A stretch of 64,000 bases of DNA from Camelus ferus (lineage: Eukaryota): assembly GCF_009834535.1 (NCBI RefSeq), contig NC_045696.1, positions 58,716,001 through 58,780,000 of the forward strand. The letters run 5' to 3'. The notes beneath the pieces were generated by a model. That model was not told the DNA's origin and ran no database searches. It was given only the letters and a program-made list of their open reading frames with translations. Below, piece after piece: positions 53,843 to 64,000 of the stretch (the first letter of the stretch is position 1; each line of letters begins with the position of its first letter). Position numbers and translations under genes: made by a program.

Positions 53843-55822
53843 CTTGCCCACACTCACGCCGACGGAGCTGGAATTGGAGCCCAGGTATGTCTGACTCCAA
53901 AGCCCACACTCTCAACCACTTCGGGTACCATTTCTCCTGAATCGTGGAAGGAACACATCAATGCTTGGACTGAACTGAGACTACCAAGAATTGACGATGA
54001 GGCTGAGAGCTGAGGAGCTAACCTCAGGCAAGATTCTGAGCCATTCTGTGCCTCAGTTTTCTGTTATATAAAATGGGGATGACAGTAACATTCAATTTCT
54101 TAGGGCTGTCATAAGGATTAAATGAGTTTATTCATGTGAAGCTCTTAGAAAATAGTGAACACTGAAAAAGAGTTAACCACCGTTAGTGTTCAAGGAAATC
54201 ACGTATGCAAATATTAAATGAAATAAAATGTGGCTCAGCTCATCTCCTCTGAAAAACCAGTGCTCTAGTTTACAAAATGGAGATACCATCATCATTTTTT
54301 GTGGTCAGGGTTAGGTGAACTAGCACTGGGCCTGGAACGCACTAGAAGTTTAATAAATGGCACCCTCAGTGTGATGACACTGACTCATGTTCTGAGGGTG
54401 GCATGTGGAGGAGGGGTGACCAGTAGTGCTGTTACAGCCCAGTCGCTCTGGATCCCACTCACCTGAGACACCTCACACTCCCCAGCTCTGGGGTCTGGGA
54501 GCCAGCTGAAGATGGAGTTCAGGGTGAGGACGGGCGCAGAGAGCATGTGGTCCATGGGAAATCCAAGAAGAAGCCGAGACCTCCCTCCTGGTCCTTGGGA
54601 ATGTGTTCCCTTAGAGCACCGATCTGGCAGCTAATAGGCCCCTCAGTGCTCCAATTAGGGGATTATGTTAACAATCCCAAGAAGGAAATTGGTTCCATGA
54701 AAATTCCCAGGTGCCTGGGGCCGAAAGGCTAATGAGTCCCAGCACGAAGGACTCCACCATTTCTCATTCCTACCGGATCTTTCTTGCGATCACATGGTTT
54801 GTGCTCAAAATGCACCCCAAAAGAAATAAATATGTAAATAATCCAAAAAAGATGGGCCTGACTCTGAAGCCCTCTGTGGAAATGTTTGAGAAAATGTGAT
54901 GACTATCTTTGTTCAAAGATTTGGAGATTTGTGAAACATGTTTGTGTAACTTTCGTTGCCAATTTCTTGCCGAGTTTTTTTGGCATATGGAAGCACCAGA
55001 TACCATAAAGAAGAAAACACGAAGCACAGAGCCCCCAGATGATACTGGAGCATACTTTCTAACAAGGACAACTGCAGAGCACCCCAGCAGAGCAATGAGG
55101 TCTGACAATGCTGGCTGTGAACTCCAGGCAGGAGAGACTTGGGTTATGGTGCTGGCTGGGGTAGATCACATCCCATCTCTGGATTTTCTCATCCACAACA
55201 TGTCAGGCTTGGCTCTAACACTGGTTTTCAAACTGGGTTCCTTGGAGCTCCCAGGGGTGCCCTGGGAGGGCTCCCATGTCCTATATCAATCAGGGCTGCT
55301 CCCCTTTTGTCAGCCTCACATTTTAGGATTCAGATTCTGATTTTTTTGGAAAAGGGCTTTTCCTGCTTAGGGAAAAAAAAAAAAAAAGACTTGAAAGTTG
55401 CTTTCTTTGATCATCTCTAAGCTCCTGTCTAGTTCTGCTATTGTTAGAGTCTATTTTCAAGAGGAGGGAAAGGCGGATAAAAGTGGCATTAGGAAACACA
55501 GGAGTCAGACCCAGAGAAGAACTTCCCTAATAGCTAAGAGCATAGATCACTGTCATGAGTAACTTGGGAGGAGAGTGGAGGAACTTTCATTTGCAGGGAT
55601 CTTTGAGCAGAAGTGCTTGGATGCAGCGAGAAACTGTGCTCCCGGGGCTGGGGGTGGATGACATGACTCCTTGGCAGGAGGATTCCACGGCCCTGTGAAA
55701 TTCCTACGTGGGCTGAGCAATTCCTGGATGGGGAAAGGCCCTGCAGACCACAAGGCAAGGACTATTTTCCACATTTCTTTCCTTCCACCTGAGCTTACGT
55801 CTCCCAGCTTTGCAACCCAGGT

Positions 55823-56190
55823 CATGCATTCAACAAATATCTGAGAGTGCCTACTATGTACCAAACACAGGGTAAGCGCTGGGGATACAGCCAAGAAAGT
55901 GGCGAGAATCCCTGCCCTCTTGGAGCCTACATTCTAGAGGGCAGCATAGAACCTGACCTATAAATTGCAGTCATATAGTGACATCTGCACCAGGGCTCCA
56001 GGAAAGAAATACAGAGCAACAAGAGTGACTGCGGGGAACTGGGACCCAGGGGTTACTGGGGTGGGGCTTCCTTCAGGAGTGATGTTTGAGAGAAAACCAA
56101 CCTGAAAGAGAGGTGAGAATTTACCAGGTAGAGAGGGAAGGAGGACCCCATCCCACAGACAGAGCCTCAGGGATGGCCTTTCCCTCTGAT
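55823..56190 (-). mobile_element. L2 3' fragment (other L2/MIR fragments are scattered, e.g. ~38700-38950 and ~39930-41230)
   Basis: cattcaacaaatatctgagagtgcctactatgtacca...ctggggatacag...ccctgccctcttggagcctacattctag. Confidence 0.75.
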
Positions 56191-59100
56191 GCATGCCCGT
56201 GGTGAGTGTGGGTTTAGCTCATTTCCAAGTTCTGTGTTAATGAATTTGCTCCCTTGGTTGTCTCACTGTCTGGATTAGCTTCCCTGCCTGTCCTCTAACA
56301 TGCTTTCGTGCTTCTCAAACCTAGGTGTGCACTTCTGAAAGCCAGGTTCTTGGGCCCTACCCCCCAAACCCCAAATCAGTGTTTAGTGAGGCAGAAACTG
56401 CCCCCAAACACACTTGAGTGGCACTGCCGGCTCAGGGCTCACCTCCCATCAGAGCCTCGTTGGACACCCACCTGTCAGAAAGACCTGGGTCTCCTGGCCC
56501 GGCTGGGAGGTCGGGCCCGAGCCCCTGCAATGCTGGGACTGAGTTTTGGGGGCGAACTTCCTGGAGAACAGAGGGGCCGCCATCGTGGTGGGGGGACATG
56601 CTGGGGATGTGGTGGGGGTGTATCATCTCCACCTCGGATACTTGTGAGGAAGGTTGGGGAAGGCAGTGGGGTTGCCTGAGTGCGGCTGTGTAGGGATCAC
56701 GGCGCAGGGAAGCTCCTCCAGGCAGATGGGGTTTTTCCTTTTCTCTGAGGAGTGGGGAGACTTCCAGTCCTGGCACCTAAACGACGCTCTGTGGTGTGGT
56801 GGAAAGGGCAACAGCCTGGGAGTCGGACCACCAGACAGAACTATCTTTCACTCTGTCACCTCAACAAAGTTATTTAACCTGTCTGAGTTTCAGTCTCCTT
56901 CTCAGTGAAATGAAAACCTCTCTTCTCCCAGGGTACGTCAAAGGCCTGATACACAGATACACTACTCTGGGAAAGGCAGTCCTTTTCTTAGCTAAACCCT
57001 CACCAGGGCTGGGCTGGAGCCCTCTGGGGAGGATGTCTGGCCTGGTGTTTCTCTTCCCTCTCCTCACAGTGTGCACCAGGCTGGGTCTGCAGAGAGAGAG
57101 CCTCCTGCCTTCCCATGGGAGCCTCTTGGGCTGCACCAGGCAGCCCTCAGGGGGGAGGTGGCATCGCTTCCCTCCGCCTCAGGCCCCTCAGCTGTCCTGC
57201 AGGGAGGGAGAGCAGATGCCTGGCCAGGGTTCAGTCCTCCTACCCCCAGTATTTCTGTCTGCCTTTCACTGGCCCACAGATGTAGCCCTGTTGACCTGCG
57301 AGGTTCCCCTGAGGTGGGATGGCAGCAGGTAGGGGAGCTGGTCAGTTTTGCAGCCCTGTTTTCTAGCTGGAGCAATGTCTGGTCAAGGGAGCGAAGGGGA
57401 AGGATGTAGGGGAAGACTGCCCCCCGGGAAGGCCAACCCCGCAGGAGGAAGGCCTGCTGGTGTTCCAGCTTAGGGTCTGGGAGACCCCCAAGAAGGCTTT
57501 GAGGCCCAGCACCAGCAGCTTGAGGCTTGCTCTGTGATGTGCAGCTTCTCCCAAATAATGTGCCTCCTCGGCTGGAAACAGAGTCGGTGCTGCTGATTCC
57601 CACCACGTCAGGCCTCCCAGGGGGCCCAGGAGAACAAGCTCACACATGGCGCCAGGTGGGCCTGGGTGAGGGCTCCACAAGGCTGTCCATCTCTGCCTTG
57701 TTCGTGGCTCCATCCTCAGCACCCAGCAGAAGGTCTGGCCTGGGAGAGCTGCTCACTGATATTTGTTGAATGAATGACAGGAGAAGAGAGGAGGGGCCAC
57801 AATGCAGCAGTTTAAGAGCATGTGATATCGAGCAGAACAAAACTGGTTTCAAATCCTGGCTCTGAACTTAACAGCTGTGTGTCTTGGGCGAGTTCCCAGC
57901 CTGTCAGAGCCTCCTTCTCTTCGTCTGCGGATCTGTGACGGTAATGACAGCATCTACTTCATGGGGCCCCTGGAAGAGCAAGTGAGAGCAGGTCTGGAGG
58001 TGTCAGTGCAGACAGTGGCCGTAGTGCCCAGGGAATGTCGCAGAAGGAACCCAGGTGTGTGGGGGTGGGGTGGGGGAGGGGATCGAGAGTCTGGTGCTCC
58101 AAAGGGGCTTCCTCAATGGAGGCTGATGGGTTGTGGTTTAACCTCACTCAGGAGAGAGACTGCGTAGGGAAACTGTCACACGACATGAGAACACAGAGCA
58201 AGGCTGAAGGAGAGAAGAGCTTCGCAGTAAGAATGGATCCCAAGGGCGGCTGGACCCTACAAAGGTCTTGCGGTCCCTCAGGGTCTTCTGTCTCCTGGAA
58301 ATGTCCGTGTCCCCGCTTTGCTGCACATCTTGCCTGGCTTTTTTCCCAGTGGCTTCCTGCCTCCTCCCAGCTCAGCTCTCTGGCTGGAACTGAGGAGCCA
58401 TCAGCACTTCTATGGTGCTTGTCACTGTGCCTTGTGCTTGTCACAAGAGAGACAGAGAAGGACCAAGAGGACTGAGGAAGGCAGGGGAGGAACAGGAGGG
58501 CTAGTGACCAAGCTGCTGGCTGGAGCCAGGCATGGGGCGGGGATGGGATGGACCCCTTTGGAGTGAACTCAGGCACCCAGCAGAGCCTCTGAGTTTATCC
58601 TAGCCATCCCCCAACTCTAGAGCCAGATGACGCCTCCCACGGCCCAGGTAAGAAGAGGGGACTGAGGCTTGTAGAGGTCCCGTGCAGCATGCATGTAAAA
58701 TGGGCACCAGTAGGGTTGCTGTGCTACACGAGAGTAAATGAGACCCTTAGCCCAGCCCAGCAAGGGCGCAGTACCAGACAGTGCTCAGCAGCAGAAGCAA
58801 GGGGGACTCTGGCCAGGGATCCACTTCCACCGTGGAGGCAAGGCCACATCCCATCCACCTTCTACAGTTGTGAAAGCAGACGTGGGCAGTGGGCCCTCAC
58901 AATTTTTTTGTTTTGTTTTTGTGTTGGGGGTAGTGGAGACTTAGCAAACAGAGTTCAGCAGTATAATTAAGTGAAGCTCATAACAAAATGAATCTGCCAC
59001 CTAATTATATACATACTGCTACTATGCTACATGGTAATTAGTGGTAGATTGTAAACAGGCCACGAAAACAAAGGTAACTGATGTGCCTTTTACGCACCCC

Positions 59101-59968
59101 CAGTGGTTACGGAGGGTCTCTTTTTGTCCAGTTAGCTTTCCAGGATACATCAAGGCTCCGGGCTGAGGGCTCACCTTGAAGCAGGTGACATTCCACTACA
59201 CACGGTTGCTGACATTCACTAGTTGTGCCTCAGTTGTCCTCCTGGCCCAGGGCCTTCCTTCCATGCTTCCATCTCCCTCAGGAGCCACCAGTGTCCTCTC
59301 AAGCCAGGGGTCCTTGGCTGTGCATTCAACTGCCCCTTAATTTCTGTTCTGACCTTCAGGCTGCCTTCCTCCTTTAATTCATCAGCGAGTATCTGTGCTC
59401 CACCCCCACATAGCAAGCTCTGGACCACGTGCTGGAGAGACAAAGCTGAAGGAACCAGACTGTCAGGAGAAAACTGTGAAACCTTTGGGCTTATGATGGT
59501 GAGATACGTTTGCCCTAAGATGTCTCCACACACTTACTATTGCTCATGACCAATATATTTTCATACAACTCAAAAACAGTTATTTTTTTAAAAGAGATGA
59601 ATAATATCTAGTTGTTTTTTTTAATCTAGTTTTTTTAAAGGGGTCAGTGAGCTGGTGGGGAACCATCCTCCCTCCTGCTCGGCACAAGGCCCTGGGATAA
59701 AGCTGGAGGGGTCTGCAGGGGCTGTGGAAGCACTGGTGTGGGCAGCGGCTCTTGTTCTGTGAGGGGAGAGGGGCTGAGCACAGCTCAGAGCAAATTTCAC
59801 CGAGTGGCATCGGGAAGGCTGAGGAATGTTAGTAACAGCTAGCCTGTCTTGAGCACTCAGCATGTGCCGGGCACTGCTCTCAGAGCTGTGCGTGCACTAA
59901 CCCACGTGATGTCACAGCACACCAAGGCAGGTCTACTGTTGTCCCATTTTACAGAGGAGGCAACTGGG

Positions 59969-60367
59969 TGCAGCGGGTTGAATGGTGTCCCCCAGAGAGA
60001 TATGTCCAAGTACTAACCCCTAGTCCCTGTGAATGTGGCCTTATTTGGAAACAAGGTCTGCAAATTTAATTAAGGATTAAGATATTTTAAGAACTTAAAG
60101 TGGGATTACAATTTGTTCTGGAGATGAGATCATTTGGGATTTGGGGTGGGCTCCAAACCCAGTGACTGATTCCGCTGAGAGAAAGGAAAGGAGAGGGTGT
60201 TTGAGACACAGAGACATGGGAGCAGGCCATGTGAAGACGGAGGCAGAGGTTGGAGTTATGTGGCCATAAGCCCAAGGAAACTGGAGGCCCAGAAGCTAGA
60301 AGAGACCAGTGAGGATTCTCCCCTAGAGCCTCCAGAGGGAGCACAGCCCTGCCCAGGCTGATTTCAG
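59969..60367 (+). mobile_element. MLT1C-like MaLR LTR
   Basis: gggttgaatggtgtcccc...tgtgaatgtggccttatttggaaa...gccatgtgaagacggaggcagaggttggagt...gattctcccctagagcctccagaggga. Confidence 0.85.
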
Positions 60368-63300
60368 CCTGTGCTGTAGCAAGCGCTCCTCTGGAAGGCC
60401 AGTGGCCTGGGTCACTGTAAATGGTCTCCCCCATCTCCCTTGCCCTCTTCAGCCCACAGCAAAAAAGGGTAAGCTGCCTCCCTTTACTGGGGTGGCCATC
60501 AGCTGACCCAGGGACCCTGGTCCCAGACTTGCTGTCTCCTGTGGAGTACGCTCAGCCCACCCGGCTTCGAGAGTGAGCAGGGCCTGGGGTGACGGTGCGG
60601 GGAGTCCTGCAGGCCGGCAGAGCCCCAAGTGGAGAGGCTGGGCTCCTGCTTTGGGAGAATGGGTCTGGTTGCTTTCCCCGCCAAGAGCAAACCTGGACGC
60701 CAGTCCTATCAGGGAGAAAGGAGACTCATTGGGCAGGCTGGTCTGACCCTAACGTCAAGAATCAGGAGGCTTCTGGACTACTCAGGGGCAGGCTGAGCCT
60801 TCTGGGGGTGTGGCAAGGGGTGTGGTTCTGAGGCTCCACCGTGTCCTCCTCCTCTACCCTGATTCTCAGAGAAGGCTGCAGCAAGACAGCTGGAAAGGGA
60901 CTTTGGTGCCCTGGTGGGAGACAGAAGCAGCGACAGAGGCTTGGGGAACAAAGGATGGGGGAAGACAAGGTTTGGGGAGGCTTGTGCAACAGAAATCACA
61001 CTGCTTGTCCCAGAGCCCCTCAGGGCTGGAGAACTAACGCAGGGACACACAGGGCTCAAGAAACCCCTGAGCAGCAGCCCAAGCTCCTGGGGAATGACCC
61101 CTCGGGAGTATGGAGCCCAGCTCAGGGCTCTGCAGGGTAAGGAGGATGGTCAGACTCCTGGGCAAGCAGAACCCAAGCCAATTTTTTCTCTTTTCTTTGT
61201 TTATACTCTCGGTCTACTGGCCCCAGCTCAGCATACCTTCCCCTCCCAGGGTAACTACTACACTTCTGCTGGGGTCCAAGCAAGAAGGCCATGTGGCTCC
61301 TCTGTGTCTGGTTCTGAAAATGTTCTTTCTGTGAGTGAGGGATGGATATCTGTGCCCCTGGGGGCTTGAAGGGACCCACCATTCTCCAGGAAGGGGACCC
61401 AGGCTGCAGGGGCAGAAGGAGGATTGAGTGAAATTCTTTTGGCTAGGACCGAGCAGGATGACAAAAATGGGGGAGGGAGACGTGGGGACTATGTCATTTT
61501 GTGGGCACCTGAGTGGCTTACTTTACGTCCTCTGTCACAGCAGAGGACAGAGGACTTCATTGCTGGGCCCTTACTTCCTCTGTGTGATGGAGGGATTGAC
61601 TTGAGAATGAGAGGGGGCTGGTCTTCGTTTGCCTGTTGCTGGCGTTGCTTGGGCTGTGCCATCGTGTGGTGCTCACTGGTGACCAGCTCAGGAGCTGGGC
61701 TGGGCGGCTGCAGCTAGAGATGATTTCAGATGAGGGCTCAGCATGGAGCACCCTGCGGCCTTGGGGTGACAGGGAAAGCGCTATAATTAGTGCAGTCACG
61801 GAGAGTGCAGGTTCTGGAACGCCCTCTGGCTTTATGTACAGGCTCTGCCAACTCACCTGCCAGGTGACCTTGGCCAGTTACTTAACCTTTCTGTGCCTCA
61901 GTTTCATCATCTGTAAAGTGGGAGTCTAGCAGTAGTGACTTCATAGAACTGTTGGGAGAAATTCATGAGTTAATACATGTGAAATGACACAAACGGTGCT
62001 TGGTCCACAGTAAATGCTAAACAGTATTAACTACCTTTACTCTTACGGTCTCCCCTGCATTGGGGCCTGCATATGGGTGAGTCACTCTGCGTTTAGAGGA
62101 AGTGCCTCTGGGTATCTGTATTCCTGGGTCCCCCCCGGCCACATTGTCATCACTGAAATACCATCAAAAGCCTACCATCAGGTAATGTTGCTTGAGGGCA
62201 GATGACATCCTGGGGAGACTTGGGGGTGCTGAGCATGGACCAAGCCCCTTCTGCTCAGACCTTTTTCTCTTGTCCTTGAGCCTCAGGTCAGCTTTCGTGA
62301 TTTATGCTTACTTATACTCATTCCATACTGTCAGCCCTTAGTCCTGCACCTGTGGACTTGATATCATGAAAACCTGTCAGACATGTGGTTCCCCCTCTGC
62401 ACTTGACTCAGTCGCCTGGTGTCAGGGCCACGGACTGCTGGGCGCTACCAGAGCTCAGCCCTCCTCATTGTTCAGAGGAGGACATTGGGACCTGTGGCAG
62501 GGAGGGCTGGGCTCTGTGATGCGGTCCTTTACAGAGTCCAGTGCTCTCTCACAGTGCTGGCACCTCCCAGTAGGAGCACGGACGGTTACCTTCACTCCTG
62601 GCCCTGGTCAGACCTCCACTGATGGTTTCCTTCAGACCATGGCTGAGCTCCAGCTGGAAGGTCCTGGGTGGATGTGCCTGTGGCCCTGGGCAGGCACCAG
62701 AGCTGGTCATTTGGAAGAAGGAGGGAAACCCATGGCCTGGGGCCCTGGCTTGTCCTGCTGGCCTAGCCTGCTGGGGTGGAGCCCAGCCGGGGCCTGACCA
62801 GCATCCTTCAACTGGATGAGACTTGTTATTTAAGGGAGTTCTTGCTCTCAAGGGCCAGAGGCACTGCCACCTCTGGGCCCCTCTAGGGAGCAGACTGTGC
62901 ACTTGGACTGCTTCCTGGGGCCACGAGGTGGGAAAGTGGCAGAGGTTCCTGCAGTGCCTGGAGAGGCAGCCTCAGCCTCTGCTCTCCATTGACTGAAGCA
63001 AACTCGAGGCCCTTCGACCATTTAATGAGCAAGGCCACAGCTCATTTAATTCTCCCGGCAACCCTGCAAACTAGGTATCATTTTGTCTCTATCTTATATG
63101 TAAGAGAGGCTCAGGGACGTGGTGAGGGTAGAAAATGGAGCAGGAATCAAACTCAGGCCTGACTCCAAAGCTCCACGAACTCTGTCTCCAAGGAACCAGG
63201 CAGGGGTCGGGGAGGTTAGTGCTGAACAAAAAATTGAACCACACAAACCAGTAACACAGGGCACTAGAGAGGGTCGGAGAGGAAAAGGAGATAAACTGGG

Positions 63301-63377
63301 GAGACTGAGGAACGCAAGAATGAGAGATTAAAGGAGGAGAGGGAGAAATCCCACCCCTTGTGTCCCTGCAGTGGGGG

Positions 63378-63478
63378 TATACACCTGCTGTACACCTGCC
63401 ATATACAGGTACATCCAGGTATATACACCTGCTGTATACCTGCTGTATATAGGTACATCCAGGTGTAGACCTGCTGTA
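63378..63478. repeat. 44 bp tandem repeat, ~2.3 copies, built from CACCTG/CAGGT subunits
   Basis: 63378-63421 and 63422-63465 differ at 5 of 44 positions; a partial third copy follows. Confidence 0.85.
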
Positions 63479-63677
63479 ATAGGAGACCCCAGATATGTGG
63501 GGCTATACATCCAAATCACAAATGAACGCACAGCCTGGCCAGGTAACCGGAGAGCTCGCCTGTCCACAGGGGGAGCCTCTGCCTCTCCACCACACCCCCT
63601 CCACATACCCTGCAGGACTAGGGCCCAGAGTTGCCAGAACTACAGGTCTTTTTTACAAGAGAAGCAGGAAATTAATT

Positions 63678-63837
63678 AAAAAAATTTTTTAGGGGTGGAG
63701 GTAATTAGATTTCTTCCTTCCTTCCTTCCTTCCTTCCTTCCTTCCTTTCTTTCTTTCTTTCTTGAGGTCCTGAGGATTGAACCCAGGACCTCGTGCATAC
63801 TAAGCACACACTCTACCACTGAGCTATACCCTCTCCC
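63678..63837 (-). mobile_element. tRNA-Ala-derived SINE (Vic-1-like), long form, 13 bp TSD
   Basis: Reverse complement reads ggggagagggtatagctcagtggtagag...ctaattacctcc. TSD caggaaattaatt at 63665-63677 and 63838-63850, at a TT/AAAA-type site. Confidence 0.9.
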
Positions 63838-64000
63838 CAGGAAATTAATTTTTTAAAATGTGAACACTCTTAATTCAAAAATGTTAGTAACCAAAACAGT
63901 TTAGAATATCATTTTAGAAAAAGAAAAAAGAAAAAGCCACGTTCAGCTGGCAGACTGCTGGGGTGAGACCTCGGCTTTACTGCACTTGTGTCCAGGAGGG

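Noticed and set aside
54660..54852. Two ~21 bp similar segments both translating YVNNPKK
   Set aside because: Short, AT-rich and imperfect; probably chance or a tiny old duplication, with no exon signals.
38000..64000. Exons of the upstream neighbour (HACD2 in human synteny)
   Set aside because: No recognisable coding exon; the neighbour is probably beyond the window.

Overview
Mammalian genomic DNA. The tRNA-Ala-derived, Vic-1-like SINEs suggest a camelid. The window holds the 5' end of ADCY5 (adenylate cyclase 5) on the minus strand: a ~3.2 kb CpG-island promoter, the large first coding exon (ATG at 35905, phase-0 donor after 34778, 376 codons), ~35 kb of intron 1 (1-34777) and ~26 kb of upstream intergenic DNA. 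The rest is mostly old interspersed repeats (MIR, L2, L1M, MLT1, MER74, MER5/MER58), five young SINEs and simple repeats. The most notable observation is at ~9160-9260 in intron 1: an apparently dead orthologue of the alternative first exon that encodes the short N-terminus of human ADCY5 isoform 2, with ATA at the start position and no GT donor. Also noted are a single good-context uORF in the 5'UTR, a TATA-like/Inr pair, several degenerate minisatellites, and a polypurine/polypyrimidine block that splits an LTR. I found no evidence of a wholly novel gene system. Repeat subfamily names and human sequence comparisons are from memory and approximate.
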